A DNA stretch of 64,000 bases from Epithemia pelagica. Its lineage: Eukaryota; Protista; Bacillariophyta. Shown piece by piece: positions 21,667 through 33,025 of this stretch. The stretch covers positions 3,658,001 to 3,722,000 of the forward strand of contig OX337233.1 in the NCBI GenBank assembly GCA_946965045.2. The letters run 5' to 3'. How positions within the stretch are numbered: position 1 is the first letter of the stretch; each line of letters opens with the position of its first letter. The notes below the pieces were generated by a model. The model saw only the letters and a program-made list of their open reading frames with translations, made no database searches and was not told where the DNA came from. Both the position numbers and the translations under genes were made by a program.

Positions 21667-24464
21667 ATGAAGACTCGTCGCCATGCAAGAGCCGCTGCAG
21701 CGGCCGCTTCCGCCGTTTCCGATCCTCCTGTGGATTGTTCCGATAAAGAGAACCAAGCACCTCCGTCGGTGCTTGGAAAACGAACCGGAGAGCCACTTGG
21801 TTGCATCCAACCAAACAAGAAACCACCTCCCCGTCCTTCCAACAATGAGGAACAAGACCCTCCATCCATTCCAAATCGGTAAGTTTGTTGTTTCTATCGT
21901 TGATTGTTGCTTCGTTTGTTGATTGCAACCATTGGTCTAACCTGTTGATTGGTTTTCTCATTCCATTGACAGGTTGTCGGCTGCTGTCTTCCCGCATCCA
22001 CCTACTTCCACCAACCAGGAAGACTCATCAACCAACCCGTCCGCGCCGTAAGTTTGTTGCATTGTTGTCATTGCTTTGTGTTCCTGCATTGTTGTGTCAA
22101 TTTCTTCTCACTGGTTGATTGTTCGTATTCAGGCGGCCTCATGGCAGTGTCAATCCATCTGGTGCTGTCGTCGATCCCACCGTGGAACTTCCTCCTCCGC
22201 CTCCACGAGCTGCCAATGAACCTTCCTTTGCTGTTGCAGCCAAGGCTGCTTGTGAACGCCGCCCCCTGGTTTTCGACCACCAGTCAAACAAGATTACGCT
22301 GGCCGAGTTGTCGTCGAATTCCCTGCCCCGAGTGCTCGATTCCCCCAACGATCTTGCCGCCTTGGCCTCGTATTGCACCTTGTCGAGGTCCATCTTCGGA
22401 GATGCCACCAGGAACCTTCGACAGTTGTCAATGAATACGGTGGGCTATGAAAAAGACAAAGCCCGTTCCTTCGAGCGCTTCCTCCAAATCCTTTCGAAGC
22501 ACCCTGCCCTCTACGTGCTCACTGAATACGTCGTCGACCCCGACAACCCAGAGAAGAGACTCTTTCGGCTCTTTCCCATGCTCCGTGGCTCGAAAACAGA
22601 AGACAAAGAACAAGTTTTGAATGATGCCTTGGTTGTTTTTGTTTCCAATCTGAAGACCAAGGAGGGAAAGGCTTACCAACCAAACGTTGTGAAAAAAATC
22701 TTGGACCAAATCTTTGCAATCTTCCGTTCGCATGGCATCCAGTATAGCATGACTCACATGCAAAGCATGCAAGGGTCTTTCCAAGCGTACTGTGCAAACC
22801 AGTTTCGCGAGGAAGCCGAACGTCGTCCAGATTACGGTCGTCGTCCGAACAAGGGGTTGATTGAATTCAACGACGACGTCATGTTGCGAACAAAGGAGCA
22901 ACCGCCAATGAGTCCGTTCCAGATTGCGTTGGACTGTCTGCGTATGGTAGTGTACCTTTGCTCTCGCTGTTGGGGAACTCGTGGTATGGAGGTAAGTTTC
23001 AACCATTCATGTTGATTGGTGGATCGACTGGCAAGTTTCTGACATGCGTTCTGATTCTCACGTCACCCAGATTTACCGGTTGTTGATCACTGATGTGATC
23101 CACATCACTGCTCTCCCGCAAGAGTATGGCGATGTGGCAGGTCTCGCGGCATACAAACTACGCGAGTGTGAGCGCGAGAAGACGGCGAAGCTTTCGCTTT
23201 CAAACCCGACTCTGCGATCGGACGAAGAACGTGTGCCGAACATGATCGTTGATGATCCAGATGATGACATGTGCACGTACAAGATTCTCCACCACTGGAT
23301 CCAGAACGGACTACCACCTGGCTGGACAGGGCTTCTCTTTTTGAATATCGCAACGGAAAAGGAACGAAAAGAACGTCCGTCACCCAATGACAATTGGTGG
23401 GGAGGAACGAAGATGGTCCGCGACACCACGATTGAAGCGAAGCAAACGTACGAGAAGGCCCTTGCCGAAGGCAAGTCACCTTCTGTTCCCATGCGCCCCT
23501 CGGGCGCTCTCGGTAAGAACTGGCCCAACGACAATGCAAAGATCCTCTTCAAGAGGTGCGGCCACCCGGAGTGGCACCGTGCAACCGCTCGTACTGGTCG
23601 CCGTACTGGTATTTCCAACGTGGCAGATGCGGGCGTTCCACAACACATGGTCAATGCCTTTGGCCGTCACAAAACTGACCGTGCAAGTTTTCGGTACCAA
23701 GAATTCACGACGGATTCGTTCGCAAAAGCTCTCAAAGCGAATTGGTACAAGGGCGAAAAAAAGGCTCCCTCTCCAAATGGTAAGTTTGGTTGTTGTTTGA
23801 TTGTTGCCTCGTTCTGTTTCTCACTCAAGTTGCTTCTTAATACCTTCTACTAGGACGTGATCTTGGTGCTGCTTCGCCCAAGGTTTCAATTGGTGTTGTC
23901 AACGCAGTCAATGTCGATGAGTTTGGCCCCCCAGTTCCTGGTAAACGCGACGACGACGTGGTAGTGGTAGAGAAGGGTGGTTGGGGATCACCTCCCTTGG
24001 TCCCCAGAACGAAGCAGAGTCCGGAGGTGAAGCCGACGACGATGGAAACGACGATGGCAAAGCCAACGACGATGGTGACGATGGTGGCGGCGAAGCCAAC
24101 AACGACGCCTAACATGGCATCAACGAAAAAAACTGCTCCTCCATCTCCATCCTCATCCAATTCTGATTCGGATGACGACGTGGTGGAAGTCGTTCCTCCT
24201 CCCCACCTCAATTTCAACCAACAACAAATGATGTGGTGGATGATGCAGCAGCAGCAACAACAACAGATGATGCAACAACAGCTCTTCCCCTCCATGCAGC
24301 AACAACAACCCCTACTCAATTCTTTTGCTGTTCAGCCGAATGCCATGGCTGCTCCTATGATGACTGGGGGAATGCAGCTACCCTTTCAATACACCAACCC
24401 TGCCACCACGACTTCGAAGAAGTCGAAAAAGAAGAAGCACAAGGGATCCAAAAAGTCCCACTAG
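21667..24464 (+). CDS. Spliced tyrosine recombinase: join(21667..21878,21973..22047,22133..22991,23071..23779,23854..24464)
   Basis: Four GTAAGT...AG introns restore one frame. Box I GTRGME|IYRLLITD spans an intron. LGKN, TARTGRRTG, DAGVPQHMVNAFGRHK and SFRYQ align by eye to Crypton/DUF3504-type YR motifs. Q/M/K-rich tail. Confidence 0.82.
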
Positions 24465-25615
24465 TGGCTGATTGGTGAGTCTTTTTTTGTTTCTATTGTG
24501 ATTGTCCTTCATCTTCTCATTTTTGCTTCTTCGATGACAGACACTTATCGATGTCTCCCACAGTTGGTTGGTCTCTAGATACCGGTAAGTTGTTGCATTG
24601 CGATGGTCTTTGTTTTATTGTTGCATCACATGCTTATTCTCACACAACCTTGCTTCTTCTTCCTTGTCCTGTGTCGCTACTTTGTTACCCTTGTTGGTTT
24701 CGTTTCTCGTTCCGTTGGTTGCTTCGTGTTGGTTTTTCGTGGTGCGCTTTTTTCGCCTTGGTTTGCTCGCCCCGCTCGTTTTCGCGCGATTCGCACGATT
24801 TTCGGTTGAAAACTACTTCCCGCTCGTACAATAAAAATCCTACAGTAAAATAAAATTGTGAGCAAAACTACCTACATAGTCTGATATGGAGTTAGAAAAA
24901 GAAGAGTCGATCCCAGTGAGTATTGCAATGGCACTGTTTGGAGAACCATCTACCTCAATAGGTTCTACCTAGGAAGTCTTCTTTTCTCCAACTAGATACG
25001 ACGAGGCGGTCCTCGCGCTTGTCTGTCGTGATATGCTGCCATCGATGTTCCCTCTTCTTGTCATTGTGTATACGTGTACGACTCATATCCTACCAATGAG
25101 TTCGGGTACGATAAAGTCTTTGTTTCTCCAACTACGAAGAGTTGGTCCTTGCGCTTGCTGTCAACAATGATCCCGCTTTCCTGTTTGTGTAGACGGGTGC
25201 GTCCCATGCGTACCAATGAGTTCTCGTGTAGTACATAGTGGGTTGGAAGAAATAACCACACTTGATTGATTGGTATGCGCAAGTTGTGATTCAATGTGCT
25301 CCCATTTGGTAGAAACAGCAGAGTCGATCCCAGGAACGAATGCATCCAGTTTAGTGCAATGGTGCCGGAACCACCTACCTCTAGATAGAGGTACTAGGAG
25401 TAGTACCTATGTCCCGTTCTCCGATCTAGGTGCATAGCTTATAGCGTGTGCTCTTATTGTACAATACGGTAGCATAGCGCGCGCATTATCGCACGCGACG
25501 CGCATTATCGCACGCCACGTGCATGGCTTGCGTGAAGAGCAGATCTTCGCGACAAGTGACAAAGCTGTGAAGCAGACGATCCAACTCGTGGTGTCCCCAT
25601 TGACACTGTGCAAGC

Positions 25616-26996
25616 ATGTCCATTCAAACACGTTCCACTGCCACCTTGGTAGCTCGTCTTCAAGAGATCCAACGGGAACAGGAGGAGATAGTGACGGAAC
25701 TCGGACGAAGAGCTGCCGAAAACGAACCCGCGGACAACGAGGATGATGACGAGGAGGTGATGCCTGCAGAGGAACCCAACTTTGAATGGTTCCCAGAAGA
25801 AGAAGAAGGTGAAGGAGGAGGAGGAGGAAATCCACACACCGGTACGAACCATACACTAATGGCAACGCTCTCCGGACTGACTTTTAACCAGGAAGCGCCC
25901 AACTGGCAGGCCGCCGACTGGCCCCCACTGCCGTTTGATTCGAGACCGGATCAGAGATTCGTGGCCTCTGTGGTGGTGGACGACCCCGCCGGCCACACAA
26001 ACAAGAGTTCCTCATCAACTGTCGTTTTACTGTCCACTCAGCGCGATGAATCCAATGCAGTTCATTTCTTACAGATGGATGATTCTACCCAGAACTTGTG
26101 CTGGCGCATTGGACCAAGCATGAACAGAACAAGGATGGAGTGCGCCACCGTTGTCTGTCGGGGCTATCTTTACGCCATTGGTGGAATTCAATGCAATTTG
26201 TACCCCTCGGATCGCTACGATACCATGGAACGCATTGACATTCAAGATTTGCTTGGTTTCTCCTCAAATGGGAGCAGTCCTCCCACAAACAATCACTGGA
26301 CGACGTTGGAGTGTCGCTTGTCAAAAAAAAGATGTGGCTGCTCGGCTGTTGTGGTAAAGGAACGATTTATCGTAGTGGCGGGTGGCGAAGACTATACGTG
26401 GACTCATACATCTATCGATATTTTGGATACGGCGGCATCCACTCAAAGTCCTTCCCATGAATATCAGGAGAACTAATTTTGCAATGGCGGTGATTGGATC
26501 ACGTATCTATGCCGTCGGTGGCTTTGACCAGGAAGAGGACGTGAGCTTTGTGGAGTACCTGGAATTGGATGATTGGGTGCTGGAAGGACCAGGAGGAGGA
26601 CCGCAACGCAGCATACTCATCTCCCCCTCCAGCAAGGTATCCTCAATCTGGACCAACACGTGGAAGATTCACCTAGAGTTGGCCTTGGACCCTCCTCGAA
26701 GTTTCATTGGAATGGTGCGAGTAGGATCTTGTCTCGTGGTGGTTGGTGGGGAAGACGGCATAGCAGAGAACGGGTTGCGTTCGGTGCAAGTTCTCGATAC
26801 AGAACACAACTCGGCATGGCAGCTGCCCGATATGATTGAGGAACGGTCTGGTTGTACCATGGTGGCCCATTCCACCACTGGTATTGTAGCGATTGGTGGT
26901 TCCCGCTCTACAACATGTGAAAGACTTCCATTAGTGGACCAGAAATCGGCCTGTTTTGCTCGGTGCATGGCACTGGGGAGGGCTCCCAGGTTTTGA
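25616..26996 (+). pseudogene. Kelch paralogue 3, frameshifted
   Basis: 26-nt deletion relative to paralogue 1 near 26450 (STQSP/SHEYQEN*). The downstream blades continue in another frame (ORF 26382-26996). Confidence 0.85.
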
Positions 26997-27429
26997 AGAA
27001 ACTACATTTGTGTGTGCATGTCGGTGTGTGCACATAGAAGTAGTAAAGTCAATCCCATGATGGAAGAGTTTTGCAATGGCGCGGTTGATAGAACCTCCTA
27101 GGTAGGAAGATAGGTAGTTTTGGTAGTCTTCGTTTCTCTAAGTATACGACGAGTCGGTCCACTCGCTGATGTGTCATGGTATGTGCTGCTTGGAAAGGTG
27201 TGTATACGTGTGTGACCCATCCGTACCAACGAATTCATTTTGACCATACCTCTCTAGCTATGATGGTAGAGAGCCTGCAGCTGATTTTGTTTCTGTCTCT
27301 GGAGGCGCTGACAACATCACCCATCTTCTGGACAGGAGAAATAATACTGACTATCCGACCAGCGTCAATATAGAGGTCCGACTTCCTCTTTCCAGTCTGA
27401 TTACCCATGTTATTGTTATGGCCTTTCTA

Positions 27430-30400
27430 AAAAAAGTACAGTCTATTTTAACGCTGCCGCGCGCACCCGCTAGGGTGACGTCGACCGACGCGCCCGGCTC
27501 CACACAAAATGAGGAGCGAGGACTAAACATGACGGGACAAGTTGTGAGGACAGGACAGAGAGTAGAAATCGGTTACAAGAATGGGGCAGCATCCCTGAGA
27601 ATGACAGGGCGCCAGGTATTGATCCAAGAGCGAAGAGAAACAGCAGTAGTTTCCGCTGCGAAATGAGCAGCGGGAGACGAGTAGAAAATATCGCGTTCAG
27701 AGGGCGGGAGACGGGTGCGGAATTCGTATAAAGTCGTGACCTCGCGTTGTGCTTGGGCGTAAGATGCGGCTTCAACTGTTTGGGGTGAATTACCATGAAG
27801 GTTGTGGTTTCGGGTGATCCATAGAGCATGGATGTGTTTCCACAAGAGTTTAATAGTGCCAGTAACAAAATCAGTCCCGGAGACTGTGCGTGAATGTTGA
27901 TGGTTGGTGGAGAGATAGTTGTCTTGAAGGTTGCGCCATTGAATATTGAAGCGGCCGAAAAAGATGTGAGCATATCCAATAAGTTGTTGTTGAGTTACCA
28001 GCGATTGATATGAGAGGGAGAGGGTGGGAAAAGACGGTGGAACATTGGCGAGCCAAGAGTGAATAATTTCCACGAGTTGTAGATTCAGAGTTGGGTCGAG
28101 GGATTGGAGACGCCAGAAATCTTGCAGTTCATCAAGAAGAGGTCCTTTCCATTGTCGGTGGGGACAACAAAGAAAGTGAGTGCGAGTCTCGACAACAGAG
28201 GGAGTGCAGAGGGGGCATGTTTCTGTGTAGTAAGTGGCGTAACGAGAACGAAGATAGCCAAGTGGAAGCCAATCATGGAGAAACTTATTATGGAATTGTC
28301 GACGAGTGAAAACAGTCGTGATAGCGCGTCCGTGTGACGTCCAATCAATCATCTCGAAAGTCTCGAGCGACCATTCGTTGCGATTGCATAAGTATTGGCG
28401 TAAAGCTTTCCATGTAGAGAGGTAGCGTAGAATAGAGCGGTAATTTGAATTGATAGTCCCTTTGGGAGAATGAAGTATGGCCTGGCTGCCTGTGATAAGA
28501 GGGACATGTGTCGATGAGATAGTAGGCGGGTATTCGTATAAGTCTGCCAGGCGGTCAGCGTCTACATTGAGCTGGGCAGCAAGGGGCAGTGTTGGATATG
28601 GTCGCAGGCGATCTTGGTGACCCCGAACATGTAAGAAACTTGGAGTTTCAGGGAATTGTTTGATAGATGTACTGATCGATTGTTGGATGTCCCAGTCTGC
28701 TTCCATTGTAGAGTATGGGAAGTCGTAGACCCATTCCAGTCGCTTTTCCACGGTATTGATCAAACTTTTGGAATCGGTATAAAAGATTAATCGTGTCGGA
28801 AGACTGAAGCCATAAGACGTCGTAAGATGAATCACGGCACGTAGCAACGCTAGCATTCCATAACTCTCCGACCTGAAGGACGAAGTACGATAACCAGGAG
28901 CAGGGCCACTTAGTTGGAAAAGGCGTTGTCCAGTATCCGTGCTGCAAATACAGCCAAATTCACCAGTGAACATAGCCGCTGAACCATCGCTGCATAAGAA
29001 GAGGCGGGCAGTCGGAGTGGTGAAACTTTGTTGGATTTGTTGAGGTGGGCATAGGAGGACAAGTTTGGACATTAGGTGTTGATCCCATTGTTCGAGAGAA
29101 GAGACATAGTCGGGAAAAGTCTGGGGTGGTGGTGGATCGGAAGGTATGGCTTGAGGACGGCAAGGCAGAATAATATAAGCGGGACCGGAGTGGTTAACAT
29201 GGACGGGCACAGCTGTCGATGGGGGACTTGGAGAGAGTTGAGACGTTGGAAGAAAAAGTGGGTGTTAGTACCAGTAGTGTCAAAAACTATTGGGAGATTC
29301 GGCCACATAAAGCGTGGAGCTAGGGCAGTCAACTAGAAATTTCCAATGGCGATGTAATTTCTGTTCAGGTACAGTCCAGGAACCAAGAGGGTGTGTCAGC
29401 ATTTGTGTAACTCCTGTCTGTCTGACTAAGTCAAGGTATTTGTCCCACTGTTGCCAAGCACGGGGACCTGGCCGGTCTTGGTACGGAATCAGGCCGTGAT
29501 GAGTCGAGAAATCGTCATGGCGATGTTCAATAGTGAACAACGAGAGTTTCGTGCCATCAGGAGTGGATATATCACTGAGCAATGTCACACCCAGGTAGAT
29601 ACGGCATGCATTGAGCAGAATCAGTTCCGTTGGAGTGAATTGTGACGACTCTATTGCAATATCCATGAGAAAACGGTCGTTGACTCGTTGGAGGGCGGGA
29701 AGGAATTTGGATTCGAGTTCAATATTGCAATTTGCTTTTTGGAGGAAGGTTCGCACTTGTGGGATCCATTGCATCGGTACCAAGTGTGGCAACGGTGTCT
29801 CGACATCTTCAAATATGGAAACGCTAGTACCCGCGAGAAATTGAGCCCACGAGATCACGATCTTGGCAAGTTGTGCCGGAACTCCTGGTGATCTGAGACA
29901 TGCTAGCAGTAGGTAAGTCTGAGAAATTCCACTCTCCACTGAGAGCGTTCGCAGTCCGATTCCTCCTAATTCTGATGGTCCGTAGACGACTGCATTTGGC
30001 ATATGGCGATTGAAACCATACTTGGGTAAAAAGGCCTTCTTGAACTGGACTTGTAAGGCATTACAGTGGGCATCAGAGAGGGAAGACGATGGTAGCGGGT
30101 ATGATATGCTAGGGAGGTAGATAGCATGGTAACAGGCCCAGGCGTCGGTTCTGGAGAAAGGGCTGGTGGCCATCACGGAAGTATGAGCTTTGTTCTTTTT
30201 CGCAAGAGCGAGGTACAACCCTTTATCTGTTCGATGTGGCGATTTCTGTACACCCAAAGTCTTGTGACTCCGATAGGAAGATAGTTGTTTGATCGGTATT
30301 GTTTGGTCTGAATCATGGAAGTGAATTGTAATTTGAGGTCCAAAGGTTCCAGATTGTAAGGACGCAAGGCCATCGACATTGAACGTGTAATACAAGAAGT

Positions 30401-32767
30401 GATAGGAGCATTTCTCGACATTAAGTGCGCCTCCAGACAAACTAAGCAAGTCGTTCCATCGTTGTGCGTCTTCTTGTGCCTTGGCAATGTAATACTCTGG
30501 CGTTGCTGGTTGGTCGCGCGAGAAGTCATTGACGCTGCCGCTAGTATCGTCCACAAACCCAATCATGTGTAGAGCAGTTTTCACAGAACCATCAGGGCTG
30601 CTAAACATAGCGCCATGTGTCTTGTCCTCGTAAGTGTCAAAGAGAATCGTAGAAATGACACACCAGATTGCAGGTGAGTTACCGGCTCCTTGTCCCGAGC
30701 CATATATAGGGTACAATTGGCAATGTTGGTAATGCCGTTCAGACACTCCAAGCTGCGTCTTTAAATAGTACTTGGCTTCTTCAAGTGTCTTTGCGTTGAT
30801 AAAGACAATCGACCTGTGTTGGCCAAAGCTTCTAGACGCGAGGCTTCCGAAGGATAAGACGATCCGGTCGTAGCAAGCGGTTGCATCATAGTCCAGGTGG
30901 ACTAGTGGCCGCTTGCTAGCTCTTGATATTTCGTATTGAAGTTCTTCGCATGAGGTCGGGATTACTGCATCTCTGCCTGGGACTCCACCAAATTGCATTG
31001 GGTGCAGAGTTTGTTGATTGGTGTTTAAGTGTATGAGCTGGCGCCACTTGATCGCCAGAACAAGGTTGTAATCTTGTTCATTAAGATGGATGACACGAAG
31101 TCGATGGATCCGTAGATTGTTCGGTTCCTTGAAAATCATCACATTGACAATGTGTTTCCACCTGTCGTACGAGTATTTGTTGACGAGTGCGCAATTCATT
31201 AGCCCGACTTGCCACTCAATGAGTTGTTCCCTCTTTTCCTCTAGTTCTTGACCTTTGTCTGTTGTTGTGTCTAGGTCGTGAGGAGCCACCAATGCTTTGC
31301 TATGGCTAAGGTGAAAGCTGGATGGAGACGTTGAGGTAGACTCTGGCCATGCTTTAATTTTGCCAACCCATTCTTCGACGGTGATAGGAGCTGGAACAGC
31401 GTCAAGTGTAACTCGAGCCTTCATGTGATTGATGAGCGATTGCTGCATTTCATCAAGTTCCGGTCGTTGCCAATTTCCCTCTAATATGAGCTCTGCCGTA
31501 TGAGTCGACGCCCCCCAATCGCACCATTCCGAGAATGGTGGTTTGGTGGGAAAGGTATTATGTGCTTGTCCAAAGTGGCGTCGGTTTCTGGTGAGCAATC
31601 GATCTTCTATTTCCGCAGGAGTATTGATAGTAAGCCATTCCGTGCATCCACTGTAGTCAGTCGTGGTAGGATCGGCTGGAACATCAAGTCTGGTTATGCC
31701 CGTTTTCAAATTGCCGCGGCATTGTCTAAGCTTTTTATACATCGCTTTTGTGCGTTCTGCTGCAATCCGATGCTTCAAAGCTTTTGATTGTTGTTTGTCC
31801 CCCTCAAGAACGGCTTGTTGGAGCTCTTTTTGCAAGGCATTGTGTCTTCGCTGTACTGCATCCTTCGTCATCTCGCGTATCTGTCGCTGAACCACTCTGC
31901 ATTCCTGCTGACAGGCTTCGAGGGTGTGTGGGATATTGATCACGGACTGATTGCGGGTAGTGTATGCGATTCCCGACTCAAAGGATTTGCCCCATTTCTC
32001 TGCCGATATCAATTTCAGTAGAAGATTTTTACGTTTCCTGAGACTGGCTAGTTGCTTTACGAATGGAATACTCCTCGGTTTCTTTGCGCATCTTCGACTT
32101 GCATGTTTGCCTGCTCGTTGTAAATCCTTGTCCAGACGTTCTGCGAGTCTTGGGTTCCAGTTCTGTTTCAATCGCTCGAGTCACTGTGGAAAATTGTGTT
32201 CGACCAAGAACTTGTGTTTGTGGATGATATAGTTTCTGTTTGAGCTTTTATCCTTGCTCGTAAAATCACGGCTTGCAATGGGATCCAGTGCTTGAGTAGC
32301 GTTTCCGAAGAGTCTTTCGACATCAAAGTCGATTACCATGTTTTGATGGTCGTTTGGTATCTCTCTATGTTGAAAGGGTTCGTAGCATGCCCTGACGACT
32401 GATGTTGAGACATGTGTTGTGCCCAAAGCGTAATCGATGCGTTCTTGTCCGTTCACAAAGGTAGCAAAAGATGTGTCACCGATCTGTTCTCCCATTAGGT
32501 CGTGCAATTCTAACTCGGTGCAAAGTTTTGACATTCCCTCGTGGATATTGGATAGTGTCTTGTTGAAATCGCCCAATAATAGAATTTCTGAGTTACGGGC
32601 ACGGCGCTGTCGGATAAAGTCTGTCAGATCCGATATAAAAGCTTCGCGTGGAGACATTGATCTGTTCTCCTGTCGGAGCATGGAAAGCTGTTGTGCAGAA
32701 GCTGTGAAAGATCGAACTCTATTGTTGTTTTCAGTCAATAGTGCTTGTTTGCACACTTGGTACGCAG
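27430..32767 (-). mobile_element. 5'-truncated non-LTR retrotransposon (LINE) with APE-RT-RNase H-CCHC, Ambal-like
   Basis: 19-bp TSD TATTGTTATGGCCTTTCTA at 27411-27429 and 32768-32786. The element begins within the endonuclease domain (AYQVC). Confidence 0.93.
27573..32766 (-). pseudogene. LINE ORF2 with three in-frame stops (32181, 29280, 29265)
   Basis: APE LLGDFN, RIDYALG, DHQN; RT YDRI, GSGQGAGNSP, GFVDDT; RNase H SDGSA, RSESYG, YTDSKSL, HVRGHQD, NVDADRLA; C-terminal CPLC...HFLCC. All in one frame. Confidence 0.92.
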
Positions 32768-33025
32768 TATTGTTATGGCCTTTCTACTTCCGTTTGCTCC
32801 TTCTTCGAGTAGATATATGCTAGGAGTATTAGCTAGCAAGAGTAATTTGCCTAACTGACGTCATTCCAGCTCAAGAAAAATGAGGCAACGACGGCAATGG
32901 ACGCCAGGCCAACGAAGAAGCCGCAAGCCCCTGGATTGATTCATTCTTGCAGTCTCTAGATAGCATATTCTTTCTCCGACCATTTTCCAGTGCCTTTAGT
33001 TCGTGGACTACCGAATCGATCCACC

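Larger units (their letters stand above)
20760..24887 (+). mobile_element. Crypton-like tyrosine-recombinase DNA transposon (~4.1 kb)
   Basis: Interrupts the conserved Kelch downstream sequence (compare 18540-18570), which resumes at ~24890. TGATAT direct repeat at 20760-20765 and 24882-24887. Encodes a YR; no RT and no TIRs seen. Confidence 0.75.
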
